From Clostridia bacterium (GTDB lineage Bacteria > Bacillota > Clostridia > Oscillospirales > CAG-272): 64,000 nt of DNA. Of the stretch, positions 35,915 through 45,017 are shown one piece after another. Made by a program: the position numbers and the translations under genes. Each line of letters starts with the position of its first letter. Within the stretch, counting starts at the first letter, position 1. Under the pieces are notes generated by a model, which was not told the DNA's origin, searched no databases, and saw only the letters and a list, made by a program, of their open reading frames with translations. The stretch spans positions 17,529-81,528 of the forward strand of contig JAFQEG010000030.1 in the NCBI GenBank assembly GCA_017399145.1, read 5' to 3'.

Positions 35915-36000
35915 GCAAATCGTTGCCTTGCAGTTATGATTACACTTTCGTGTAAGTTATGAGCTTTGCTTTCGCAAAACGTTATGAGTGACTACGTCAC
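35915..36000. repeat. mini-hairpin/linker array F (linker GTTATGAG/GTTATGAT; pyrE-pyrB spacer)
   Basis: GCAAatcgTTGC (35915-35926), GTTATGAT (35933-35940), TACACtttcGTGTA (35941-35954), AGTTATGAG (35955-35963), TTTGCtttcGCAAA (35965-35978), GTTATGAG (35981-35988), GTGACtacGTCAC (35988-36000). Confidence 0.75.
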
Positions 36001-36060
36001 GCTTGAAATTACAAGAGCTTTAGAGGGTTAAAACCTTTAAGGCTCGCAAAAGGAGAAACT

Positions 36061-36975
36061 ATGAGAAGTCTTATAGACATTAAGGAATTGTCCTTAGAGG
36101 AGCTTGATAGTCTTATTGATACGGCTCTTGATATTATTGCAAATCCTTTAAAATATAGCGAGAAGTGTCGTGGAAAGAAGCTTGCTACTCTTTTCTTTGA
36201 GCCTTCAACAAGAACTCGCTTGTCCTTTGAGGCGGCTATGTATGAGCTTGGTGGAAACGTGCTTGGATTTTCCGAGGCTTCCTCCTCATCTAGCGCTAAG
36301 GGCGAGAGTGTTGCTGATACTGCAAAGATGATTTCTTGCTATGCAGATATTATTGCTATGCGTCATCCTAAGGAGGGTGCGCCTCTTGTTGCATCTATGA
36401 ATGCATCTATTCCTGTTGTAAATGCAGGTGATGGTGGACACAATCACCCAACACAGACTCTTGCTGACCTTCTTACAATTAAGAGAAAGAAGGGTCGCTT
36501 TAACAACCTAACCGTTGGTCTTTGTGGGGATTTGAAGTTTGGAAGAACCGTTCACTCTCTTATCTCTGCACTTTCAAGATATGAGGGCATTAAGTTTGTG
36601 CTTATTTCCCCTGTTGAATTAAGAATTCCAGACTACGTAAAGACGGAAACTCTTAACAAAAAGGGTATTGAGTACGTTGAAACTACTGACCTTGTAGGTG
36701 CTATGCCTGAGCTTGATATTCTATATATGACAAGAGTACAAAAGGAGCGCTTCTTTAACGAGGAGGATTACCTACGTTTGAAGGATAGCTATATTTTGGA
36801 CCTTGCTAAGCTTGAAAATGCAAAGCGTGACCTTTGCATAATGCATCCACTTCCACGTGTAAATGAAATTAGTGTTAAGGTAGATAATGACCCACGTGCT
36901 TGTTATTTTGAGCAAGCCTTGAATGGTAAATATATGCGTATGGCTCTAATTTTAATGCTTTTGGGAATTGATTAA
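36061..36975 (+). CDS. pyrB: aspartate carbamoyltransferase catalytic subunit
   Basis: STRTR and HPTQ motifs, 304 aa. Confidence 0.9.
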   Translation: MRSLIDIKELSLEELDSLIDTALDIIANPLKYSEKCRGKKLATLFFEPSTRTRLSFEAAMYELGGNVLGFSEASSSSSAKGESVADTAKMISCYADIIAMRHPKEGAPLVASMNASIPVVNAGDGGHNHPTQTLADLLTIKRKKGRFNNLTVGLCGDLKFGRTVHSLISALSRYEGIKFVLISPVELRIPDYVKTETLNKKGIEYVETTDLVGAMPELDILYMTRVQKERFFNEEDYLRLKDSYILDLAKLENAKRDLCIMHPLPRVNEISVKVDNDPRACYFEQALNGKYMRMALILMLLGID

Positions 36976-36987
36976 GGGGGTTAGGCT

Positions 36988-37404
36988 ATGAATATTGATT
37001 CAATTAAAAATGGTATAGTTATCGACCACATTACCGCAGGTCGTGGCATGGAGCTTTATTCTCTTTTGAAGCTTGACACTCTTGATTGCTCTGTTGTTAT
37101 CGGCAAAAATGTTGGTAGCGAAAAGATGGGCAAAAAGGATATTATTAAGATTGATGCAGACATTGAATTGGATACTACTATTTTGGGCTATATCGACCCT
37201 GAGGTTACAATTAACATTATTAAAAATGGCAAGATTGTTGACAAGAAGGGCGTTACTCTTCCCGAAAGGCTTGTAAACGTTATTTCCTGTAAGAATCCTC
37301 GTTGCATAACATCCTGTGAGCAGGAGCTTGACCAGGTGTTTACCTTGACGGATAAGGAAAATAGAGTTTATCGTTGCCTATATTGCGAAACAAAGGCGAA
37401 GTAG
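36988..37404 (+). CDS. pyrI: aspartate carbamoyltransferase regulatory subunit
   Basis: 138 aa with a C-terminal zinc site CKNPRC...CLYC. Confidence 0.9.
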   Translation: MNIDSIKNGIVIDHITAGRGMELYSLLKLDTLDCSVVIGKNVGSEKMGKKDIIKIDADIELDTTILGYIDPEVTINIIKNGKIVDKKGVTLPERLVNVISCKNPRCITSCEQELDQVFTLTDKENRVYRCLYCETKAK

Positions 37405-37485
37405 AGTCGTGATAGCACAATGAGAACGGAAAAGCGATTTACAATTCATTTTCGTTTAATCACTATTTAACAATTATTCAAGGTT

Positions 37486-37520
37486 GAGATTTTCACGCTT
37501 GTGAAAATCTCTTCTTTTTT
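37486..37520 (+). terminator. terminator of the pyr operon
   Basis: GAGATTTTCAC-gctt-GTGAAAATCTC followed by TTCTTTTTT. Confidence 0.8.
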
Positions 37521-37521
37521 A

Positions 37522-37636
37522 TGCTTTTCCTAAGTGCGACCTCTTCTCTGTCGTACAAAGTACGCCGACGAGTACGAGTTCACACTTTCTCACAGCACTC
37601 TAACGCCTCTAGGGTTAGTTTGTGCGTGGCAGTCAG
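37522..37636. repeat. hairpin-mosaic repeat, copy A
   Basis: TGCTTTTCCTAAGTGCGACC...GTACaaaGTAC...CTAACgcctctagGGTTAG...TTTGTGCGTGGCAGTCA, colinear with 37771-37930. Confidence 0.75.
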
Positions 37637-37770
37637 ATATAAGCATAGAACGAAAAGCAGGGTATTCACCTTGCTTTTTTTCTTCCATTAATAACTCGTC
37701 TATAAGGTAGGATTTTTCTATTTTTATTCACTTGTTTCCAAGGCTTTACTTTAGAAAAATCCCTTTTATC

Positions 37771-37930
37771 TGCTTTTCTAAAGGCGACCGCTACTCTGCA
37801 GTACACAGTACGGCGACGGAAACCCCCAAAGCTCATTCTTCACTTTGGAGAACCCCTGGCGACGTGTACGCGTTCACCTTTTCTCTACCTCTCCTGATGC
37901 CCCTAGGTGAAGTTTGTGCGTGTGGCAGTC
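37771..37930. repeat. hairpin-mosaic repeat, copy B, with an extra internal hairpin
   Basis: Colinear with copy A, with many substitutions that keep the stems (GTACacaGTAC). It has 46 extra nt: a 39-nt hairpin-containing insert (37819-37857) bracketed by GGCGACG at 37812-37818 and 37858-37864. Confidence 0.75.
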
Positions 37931-37935
37931 AAAAG

Positions 37936-37990
37936 CCGACTAACAGTCGGCAATGAAATTACCTTGTGATGAGGACCTTGCAAAGCAAGG
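37936..37990. repeat. short mini-hairpin/linker array D
   Basis: CCGACtaacaGTCGG (37936-37950), CAATGAAATT, GTGATGAGGAC (37966-37976), CCTTGCaaaGCAAGG (37976-37990). Confidence 0.65.
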
Positions 37991-38001
37991 ATTTGAATAA
38001 T

Positions 38002-38031
38002 AAAAACCGAGTTCAAAGAACTCGGTTTTTG
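38002..38031. terminator. bidirectional terminator (nitroreductase operon on the minus strand)
   Basis: AAAAA-CCGAGTTC-aaa-GAACTCGG-TTTTT. Confidence 0.75.
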
Positions 38032-38052
38032 TTTTCAAGATGCAGGCTCTTG

Positions 38053-38580
38053 CTATTTTATTGTTAGAATTTGGTCTAATGAATTTCGTTGTGGGGCGTC
38101 TGGGCTTATGTCGGCTTTGCCGAGGGCGATTACTACGACTACGTCCTCGCTATCTGGGATTTGGAAAAGGGTCTTTATTTTTTCTGGCTTATAAAGTCCC
38201 ATTATAAGGGTGCCGTAGCCTAATTCGGTAGCGGTGAGTAGTAGATTTTGCACACTTAAGCCGTTATCGAAGCACTCGAATCCGTTTCCTAGGTGGGTGG
38301 GCTCGCCGTTTACGTAGCCACTTATTCCCTTTTTTACTGTGGTTACGATAAATGCGCCTACGTTTTCGGTCCTTTCCTTATTAAAGCTTGCAAGACAATC
38401 TCTCATTTCCTCTATTGCCTTTTCTGTGTGGGCAACGTAAAATCTTGCAGTTTGAGAGTTTTTCCAAGAGGGTGCCATTTGGGCACTCCTTACCATTTTT
38501 TCAATATGGTCAAGGGGGATTTGTACCTTTGCATACTTTCTTATGCTACGTCTTTCATAAATTGCGTTTAAAAGCTCCAT
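38053..38580 (-). CDS. nitroreductase family protein
   Basis: I chose the ATG at 38580 (MELLNAIYERRSIRKY, the canonical nitroreductase N-terminus), preceded by AAAGGAG. Confidence 0.8.
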   Translation of the reverse strand: MELLNAIYERRSIRKYAKVQIPLDHIEKMVRSAQMAPSWKNSQTARFYVAHTEKAIEEMRDCLASFNKERTENVGAFIVTTVKKGISGYVNGEPTHLGNGFECFDNGLSVQNLLLTATELGYGTLIMGLYKPEKIKTLFQIPDSEDVVVVIALGKADISPDAPQRNSLDQILTIK

Positions 38581-38591
38581 TTTATTCTCCT

Positions 38592-39545
38592 TTATAAGTA
38601 GCAAAGACAGCCACCGAAGCAACCGAAGGTTTTGTTTTTGTAGCAGTCCTTACATTTTTGTTGTGGGTAGTTATTTATTATTCTACAATCTACTTCCTTA
38701 AAGAAGTAATTTTTTAGGTCGTTTAAGGTCTTAAAGTCTGTTATGCTTACTCGTGCCTTATCGTACATACCAAAGCATCTTGTTGCGGTTTTATCGGGGT
38801 AGATATCAACAACGGGTGAGCAAACGGACCTTTTTCCTGTGAAAATTTCCCTCTCAAATTGGTTTTCGTAGGGGAGAGTGTCTAAAAACGCTCTTTCCTC
38901 ATCTGTGAAAACGCACTCGGGAATTGCGTTACAATCATAGCCTAGGTATATACCCATTTCCTTTGCTTTTTTGTACAGGGACAAAAGAGTTTTCTTCATT
39001 CTGTAAAAGTAAGGTATGCCACCCTCTTTTTTGTCCTTAGGAATTACAAGGCTTACTCTTAGTCTTTTTAGCTTATATTTTTCAAGCAAATAAATTAGGC
39101 TTGAAAAATCTTGATTTTCCTCATATACGTTTATGCCTAGGTCTATGTTTTCTCTAGGTAGATATTTGAGGGCTTCTTCAATGCCACGCTCTAGCATTGA
39201 AAAAGCTTTTTCGCCTATATCCCTTTGTGAATTTACGTTTATTAATAGGTGGAATTTTGGGTGGTTTAAGCTACTTGCAACCTCCTTTAGTAAAAGTCCA
39301 TTTGTAAAAATGGTAACCTTATGATACCAAATGCTTTGCTTTAGTATTTCAAGAATTGTATCTATTTGCTTATGTAAAAGTGGCTCCCCGCCGATTAAGC
39401 CTATTGTACCCTCGCTTGCGCAAAAGTCCAAAATCTCCATAAGAGTATCTATTTTTATGTCGTCCCTCTCCTTTCCTACGTAGCTATCTGCAAAGCAATA
39501 GGGACAACGAAGATTGCATCTATTTAAAAGTGCTATATTTGCCAT
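38592..39545 (-). CDS. radical SAM protein with a C-terminal SPASM/twitch-like Cys cluster
   Basis: I chose the ATG at 39545 (MANIALLNRCNLRCPYCFA, the CxxxCxxC motif). The C-terminus is CKDCYKNKTFGCFGGCLCY. RBS is GGGGGTG. Confidence 0.8.
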   Translation of the reverse strand: MANIALLNRCNLRCPYCFADSYVGKERDDIKIDTLMEILDFCASEGTIGLIGGEPLLHKQIDTILEILKQSIWYHKVTIFTNGLLLKEVASSLNHPKFHLLINVNSQRDIGEKAFSMLERGIEEALKYLPRENIDLGINVYEENQDFSSLIYLLEKYKLKRLRVSLVIPKDKKEGGIPYFYRMKKTLLSLYKKAKEMGIYLGYDCNAIPECVFTDEERAFLDTLPYENQFEREIFTGKRSVCSPVVDIYPDKTATRCFGMYDKARVSITDFKTLNDLKNYFFKEVDCRIINNYPQQKCKDCYKNKTFGCFGGCLCYL

Positions 39546-39656
39546 TTTAACACCCCCTTTTGTTATTGTAGCATAAGTTATAAGATTTTTCAACATATTG
39601 ATTTTTAAAAAATTATATGCTAAAATAGAATAAGAATAACAAAGCGAGGTATTTTT

Positions 39657-40532
39657 ATGCTACATACTATTTCCAATGAATTTTTATCTGTTACAGTAAA
39701 CTCCTTGGGTGCTGAGATCTTTTCAATTTTGTCAAGTGACGGGGTTGAATATCTTTGGCAAGGGGATAAAAAATATTGGGGTGGTCGTGCACCTATTATG
39801 TTTCCTATTTGTGGAAGATTATTTGGTGGCAGGTACACCTATTTAGGTAAGGAATATTCTATGCCTAACCATGGTATTGCAAGGGCTAGTGAGTTTGAAT
39901 TAAGCGCACTTTCTCCCTCTTGTCTTGTGCTAGAATTGAAGTCTAACGAAAAAACTAAGGAATCTTACCCCTTTGATTTTGTTTTTCAAGCCTCATTTAC
40001 TCTTAAGGAAAAAGCACTTGAGGTAAAATATATTGTTAAAAATACCGATTCCCGTGACCTTATTTTTGGTCTTGGCGGACACCCTGCATTTAATGTACCA
40101 CTTGAAAAGGATCTTTCCTTTGAGGACTACTGCGTTGAGTTTCCACGTGAGTGCGAGGCTATAAGAGTTGACTTCTCCCCTGCCTGCTATTGCACACATA
40201 AGGACAAGATTTATACAGGTAAATCAATTAAAAAAATCGACCTTTCCCACTCACTTTTTGATGATGATGCAATCTTTCTTTATAACGTGCCTAAGTCGGC
40301 TAAGCTATATAGCGAAAAATCAAAAAGAAGTGTTACTATCTCTTACGAAAATATGAAGTATTTAGGTCTTTGGCACGCACCAAAAACCGATGCGCCATAT
40401 ATTTGCCTTGAGCCTTGGTCCTCAATACCTGCCGACGAGGGTGCTATTGACGACCTACTTACTAAAAAGGAAATGTATCACCTGCCATCTGGCTACACCT
40501 ATCGTGGTGGGTACACAATTACGATTGAATAA
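39657..40532 (+). CDS. aldose 1-epimerase family protein (LacX-like)
   Basis: The N-terminal region LGAEIFSI...YLWQGDKKYWGGRAPIMFPICGRL is typical of the family. 291 aa. Confidence 0.75.
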   Translation: MLHTISNEFLSVTVNSLGAEIFSILSSDGVEYLWQGDKKYWGGRAPIMFPICGRLFGGRYTYLGKEYSMPNHGIARASEFELSALSPSCLVLELKSNEKTKESYPFDFVFQASFTLKEKALEVKYIVKNTDSRDLIFGLGGHPAFNVPLEKDLSFEDYCVEFPRECEAIRVDFSPACYCTHKDKIYTGKSIKKIDLSHSLFDDDAIFLYNVPKSAKLYSEKSKRSVTISYENMKYLGLWHAPKTDAPYICLEPWSSIPADEGAIDDLLTKKEMYHLPSGYTYRGGYTITIE

Positions 40533-40533
40533 G

Positions 40534-40564
40534 AAAAAAGCTATGCGTTTGCATAGCTTTTTTG
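40534..40564. terminator. bidirectional terminator between convergent genes
   Basis: AAGCTATGC-gttt-GCATAGCTT (40538-40559) flanked by A6 and T6. Confidence 0.8.
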
Positions 40565-40566
40565 TT

Positions 40567-42396
40567 TTATCTTCCTGCACGAATTGCAATTGTAACTGCA
40601 ATTAGCATCGTGCCCACGTCGCCAAGGACTGCTACCCAGATTGGGAAGGCTGGGAAGATTAGGCTAAGGGCTAGTAGGATTGCTTTGATTGTGATTGAAA
40701 ATACTATGTTGAATATAGCGATTTTCTTTGTTTTCTTAGCTATCAAAATTGCCTTTGGTAGCTTTTCAAGGTCGTCGTCCATAATGATTATATCGCTCTT
40801 TTCAACGGCAACGTCTGAGCCGATAGCACCCATTGAAATGCCTACGTCGGCACGGGAAAGACATGGTAGGTCGTTTATACCGTCACCACAATAGCCCATT
40901 CTTGCGCCCTCGTGCTCCTTGATTATGTCCTCTAGGGCATTTAGCTTTGTTTCAGGCTGTAATTGAGAGTATGCACCGTCTGCGTAAAGTGCACTTGCTA
41001 CTGCGTCAACCTTTGACTTTTTGTCGCCACTTAAAATAAACAATTTCTCAATACCAAGGGCTCTTAGCTCGTCGAAGGCTCTTTTACTATTTGGCTTCAG
41101 GTCGTCGCCTACACCAACGTAGCCTACGTAAACGTTATTTACCGATACGAAAATCGTGCCTACGTTTGAGCCTGTGTATGCGCCAACGAATGCTTTATTA
41201 CCTGCCTTAATGTGACCATATTCCGAGTCACATTCAACACCGAAGCCTGCCTTTTCTACGTAATTTTCACCCTTTGAAACGTTGATTTTAAAGCGCTTAG
41301 CCTCGTTTCTTACAGCTACTGCAAGTGGGTGGCTTGAGGTTGCCTCAACTATGCAAGCAAGCTCAAGAAGCTTGATTTTTGTATAGTCTCCGTAAGCCTC
41401 GATTTTAGTTACGTGTAGGTCGGATTTTGTAAGGGTGCCTGTTTTGTCAAAGGATATCATATTTAGTGCATCAAGCTTTTCAAGAGTCAATGAATCCTTT
41501 ATTAGTATGCCTCTTTTAGATGCGTGACCGATTGCGCAATAATATGCAAGTGGAATTGAGATTACAAGTGCGCAGGGGCAAGAGATTGCAAGCATTGAAA
41601 ATGCCCTGTTGAACCACTCAAACATATCAAGTCCAAAAATCGTTGGTATAACTGCTACTAAAAACGCAACGCCACAAACGATTGGTGTGTAAATCCTTGC
41701 AAATTTAGTAATAAAGCGCTCGCCCTTTGTCTTTTTCTCAAGAGATTTTTCTGCTAGGTCTATTATCCTTTGTGCAGCACTTTGTGTGCTTTTTCTAGTT
41801 ACCTTAACTGTGATTACTGAGTCTAGGTTAATACAGCCGGCTAGGACCTCCCCCCCTTGTCTTACCTCACGGGGGTCACTTTCGCCTGTGATAATTGAGG
41901 TGTCAACCGAGGCAACACCCTCGTAAACTACACCGTCAAGTGGGATTCTTTCTCCCGGATAGATTTCAACAAGCTGGTCTATTTCAACCTCGCCTACGCA
42001 AACGTGCTCACCCGTTAGCTTTAGACGTGCCTTTTCCGGACGAATTGAAAGTAGCTTTTCAACTGAATTGCGTGAGCCCTTTTTAGCTCCTCTTTCAACA
42101 AGCACACCGATTTCGTAAAGTATTATAATCAATGAAGCCTCAAATAGCTCACCGATTATAATTGCACCCAAGGAGGCAATTGTCATCAAAAGCCTTTCCC
42201 CAACCTCTGCATCCTTGAATAGCTTTACTATTCCCTTATATATTGTCTTATAGGCAATTAGGATATAAGCTACAATATAAATAATGAAGGATATTTGCTC
42301 GTTAAAATTACTTACTATTGCTCCTGTTATTACTAATAATAAGCTTATTAGTAGCTTTATTAGGATTACCTTATTCTCCTTTAGAAATGCTTTCAT
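40567..42396 (-). CDS. heavy-metal (Cd/Zn/Co-type) P1B-type ATPase without an N-terminal HMA domain
   Basis: CPC in SCPCALVIS, phosphorylation site DKTGTLT, hinge GDGINDLP, 609 aa. The protein begins directly with TM helices. Confidence 0.9.
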   Translation of the reverse strand: MKAFLKENKVILIKLLISLLLVITGAIVSNFNEQISFIIYIVAYILIAYKTIYKGIVKLFKDAEVGERLLMTIASLGAIIIGELFEASLIIILYEIGVLVERGAKKGSRNSVEKLLSIRPEKARLKLTGEHVCVGEVEIDQLVEIYPGERIPLDGVVYEGVASVDTSIITGESDPREVRQGGEVLAGCINLDSVITVKVTRKSTQSAAQRIIDLAEKSLEKKTKGERFITKFARIYTPIVCGVAFLVAVIPTIFGLDMFEWFNRAFSMLAISCPCALVISIPLAYYCAIGHASKRGILIKDSLTLEKLDALNMISFDKTGTLTKSDLHVTKIEAYGDYTKIKLLELACIVEATSSHPLAVAVRNEAKRFKINVSKGENYVEKAGFGVECDSEYGHIKAGNKAFVGAYTGSNVGTIFVSVNNVYVGYVGVGDDLKPNSKRAFDELRALGIEKLFILSGDKKSKVDAVASALYADGAYSQLQPETKLNALEDIIKEHEGARMGYCGDGINDLPCLSRADVGISMGAIGSDVAVEKSDIIIMDDDLEKLPKAILIAKKTKKIAIFNIVFSITIKAILLALSLIFPAFPIWVAVLGDVGTMLIAVTIAIRAGR

Positions 42397-42400
42397 CGCC

Positions 42401-42721
42401 TTACTCCGTTACGTGCTCCATACCACAATCTATAATTGTCTTTACGTGGTCGTCTGTTAGTGAATAGTAAATGTTTTTGCCAACTCTGCGTGTTTTAACA
42501 AGGTTGCTTGTTTTTAAAATTCTAAGCTGATGTGAAACCGCAGATTGTGTGATTGAAAGAAATTCCGAAATTTCGCTTACGCACATATCGCTTTGTGTAA
42601 GCGCTACTAGAATTTTTAGTCTTGAGCTATCTCCAAAAATCTTGAAAAGGTCTGCTACCTCCTCAAATAGCTCGCTATTACGGGTGATTGCACCCTGAAT
42701 CTTTGAAATTGCGTTATCCAT
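42401..42721 (-). CDS. ArsR/SmtB-family metalloregulator
   Basis: I chose the ATG at 42721 after GGGAGGAAG. The wHTH region is CVSEISEFLSITQSAVSHQLRILK. It lies 4 nt upstream of the ATPase. Confidence 0.85.
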   Translation of the reverse strand: MDNAISKIQGAITRNSELFEEVADLFKIFGDSSRLKILVALTQSDMCVSEISEFLSITQSAVSHQLRILKTSNLVKTRRVGKNIYYSLTDDHVKTIIDCGMEHVTE

Positions 42722-42733
42722 GCTCTTCCTCCC

Positions 42734-42757
42734 ATATATGAGCAATTGTTCATATAT
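42734..42757. promoter_or_regulatory. candidate ArsR/SmtB operator (inverted repeat)
   Basis: ATATATGA-gcaattgt-TCATATAT, a perfect 8-bp inverted repeat 13 nt upstream of the regulator start codon. Confidence 0.55.
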
Positions 42758-42883
42758 TCATTATAGCAACTGTTTATTCTGTTGTCAATAGGTTTTGGAA
42801 TATTTATTTAGCTTTTTCTATTGATTTTTATACTAAATATAGTATAATTGAAGTAGATTTTATTCTTCGAAGGGAGTTTTTTT

Positions 42884-45016
42884 ATGCTAAACAACTCAAA
42901 ATGGATATCCTACCCTGAAATGCAAGGGACCTCTTGTCCTGTTTTCAAAAGGGTTATAAATAAGAAAGAGGGCTTAGTCCGTGCAACCCTTAAGCTTTCA
43001 GCCCTTGGCTGTTATTATGCAACGATTGACGGTATAAGAGTTGGAGATTTTATTCTTGCCCCCGGCTTTACCTCAAGGCACCGTGCGCAGGTACAGGAAT
43101 ACGACATTACCTCTATGCTAAAGGAAAAAAGTGAGCTTTTAATTACTCTTTCTCAGGGCTGGTTTAAGGGTAGACTTAACTGGCGAGTAAACGCAGAAAT
43201 GAAGGACGTTTACCCATCTATTATTGGCGAGGTTATGCTTCGCTATGCAAACGGGTCAGTGGAGTACATTTACACAAACGGGGAGTGGCAATGCTCAAAA
43301 TCTAAGATTACTATGGCTGACATTTACGACGGTGAGCATTATGATAGCACCCTTGAGGAAAGCTTTGGTCCTGTTAGGGTAAACGACTATTCTCACTCTC
43401 GCTTATGTAAGCAACAGGGTCCCTTCGTTTGTGAGATGGAAAGAATTTTGCCACACAGAATTTTTAAAACGCCTAAGGGTGAGGTTGTAATTGACTTTAA
43501 CCAAAATCTAACCGGTTATTTTGAAATTAAGCTAAACGCAAAACGGGGTGACAGGGTTTCTCTTTCCTTTGCCGAGGTTTTGGATAAGGACGGAAATTTC
43601 TATACTGAAAATTATCGCTCTGCAAAAAGCGAATTTGTTTATACCTGTGATGAGGGCTATCAGGAATATAAGCCTAAGCTTACCTTCTATGGCTTTAGAT
43701 ACATAAGAGTAAATGAGTTCCCCTGTGATATTGAGCCTGAAAACATTACGGCTATCGTTGTACACTCAGACATTAAGCGTACAGGATATTTAAATAGCTC
43801 CTCTCCGCTTCTCAACAAGCTATTTTCAAATATTATTTGGGGACAAAAGGGTAACTTCCTAGACATTCCCACCGACTGTCCTCAAAGAGATGAGAGAATG
43901 GGCTGGACAGGTGATGCACAGGTATTTGTTAGAACCGCATCCTACAACTTTGACGTTGAAAAATTCTTTGAAAAGTGGCTAACAGACCTTCGAATTGACC
44001 AAGGTAAGGACGGGTACGTGCCCTTTGTTATACCTCAGGCTTGGGGTGACGATTGGAGTGGCTGTGGCTGGGGCGATGCCTCGGTTATTTGCCCTTGGCA
44101 AATTTACTTAACCTACGGAAACGTAGATATTTTGAAAAAGCAATACAGGTCAATGTGTAGCTACCTTAAATATATTGCTACTCATTCTAAAGACAAATAT
44201 TTATGGACGGGCTGTGAGCATTTTGGCGACTGGCTTGGACTTGACGCACCTGCCGGGTCTTATAAGGGGTCATCAAACGAGGATTTTCTCGCCTCTGCCT
44301 TTTACTATTATTCTACCGGTATTGTTTGCAAGGCGGGAAAAATCATTGGCAAGGACGTTGCAAAATACGAAAAGCTAAGGGAAAATATTCTAAGCGCAAT
44401 AAGAAAGAGATTTCCTAGCTACAACACGCAAACAGAGTGTGTAATTGCTTTGCATTTTGGAATTGCAGAAAACAAGGTATCAGTTGCCAAAAGGCTAGCT
44501 ACAATGATAAAGGAAAATGGCACAAGGCTAAAAACCGGATTTTTAGGCACACCATATTTATTACACGCCCTTAGCGATAATGGATATAGTGACCTTGCTT
44601 ATTCCTTGCTTTTGCAAGAGGAATTTCCATCCTGGCTATATTCTGTTAAGCAGGGCGCTACCACTATTTGGGAGCATTGGGACGGAATAAACGATAAGGG
44701 AGATTTTTGGTCTAAGGATATGAATTCCTTTAACCATTATGCCTATGGTAGTGTGGCTGACTGGGTTTTTGGTGTTGGCTGTGGCATAAAAACAGTTGAG
44801 GATAAGCCCGGCTTTGAGGAAATTGTAATTGCGCCTGTGCCAACCAAAAAATTAAAGCACCTAAGTGCAAAAATTGAAACAAGAAGGGGTCTAGTTTCCT
44901 CTGCCTGGTATTTAGAGGGCAATTCCTTTAGATATGAAATTACCACACCAACAAAAGCTACTATCATAATTGACGGTGTGACCTATCAGGTTGAAAAGGG
45001 AAGCTACGTATTTTAA
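42884..45016 (+). CDS. alpha-L-rhamnosidase (GH78)
   Basis: DCPQRDERMGWTGDAQVF signature, 710 aa, no signal peptide. Confidence 0.85.
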   Translation: MLNNSKWISYPEMQGTSCPVFKRVINKKEGLVRATLKLSALGCYYATIDGIRVGDFILAPGFTSRHRAQVQEYDITSMLKEKSELLITLSQGWFKGRLNWRVNAEMKDVYPSIIGEVMLRYANGSVEYIYTNGEWQCSKSKITMADIYDGEHYDSTLEESFGPVRVNDYSHSRLCKQQGPFVCEMERILPHRIFKTPKGEVVIDFNQNLTGYFEIKLNAKRGDRVSLSFAEVLDKDGNFYTENYRSAKSEFVYTCDEGYQEYKPKLTFYGFRYIRVNEFPCDIEPENITAIVVHSDIKRTGYLNSSSPLLNKLFSNIIWGQKGNFLDIPTDCPQRDERMGWTGDAQVFVRTASYNFDVEKFFEKWLTDLRIDQGKDGYVPFVIPQAWGDDWSGCGWGDASVICPWQIYLTYGNVDILKKQYRSMCSYLKYIATHSKDKYLWTGCEHFGDWLGLDAPAGSYKGSSNEDFLASAFYYYSTGIVCKAGKIIGKDVAKYEKLRENILSAIRKRFPSYNTQTECVIALHFGIAENKVSVAKRLATMIKENGTRLKTGFLGTPYLLHALSDNGYSDLAYSLLLQEEFPSWLYSVKQGATTIWEHWDGINDKGDFWSKDMNSFNHYAYGSVADWVFGVGCGIKTVEDKPGFEEIVIAPVPTKKLKHLSAKIETRRGLVSSAWYLEGNSFRYEITTPTKATIIIDGVTYQVEKGSYVF

Positions 45017-45017
45017 T

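Noticed and set aside
37732-37956. Track ORF of 74 aa in the pyrI-nitroreductase spacer. Similar track ORFs are at 35130-35327, 48899-49084 and 57370-57630.
   Set aside because: All lie inside repeat elements or arrays. They lack ribosome-binding sites, and their sequence is determined by hairpin modules.
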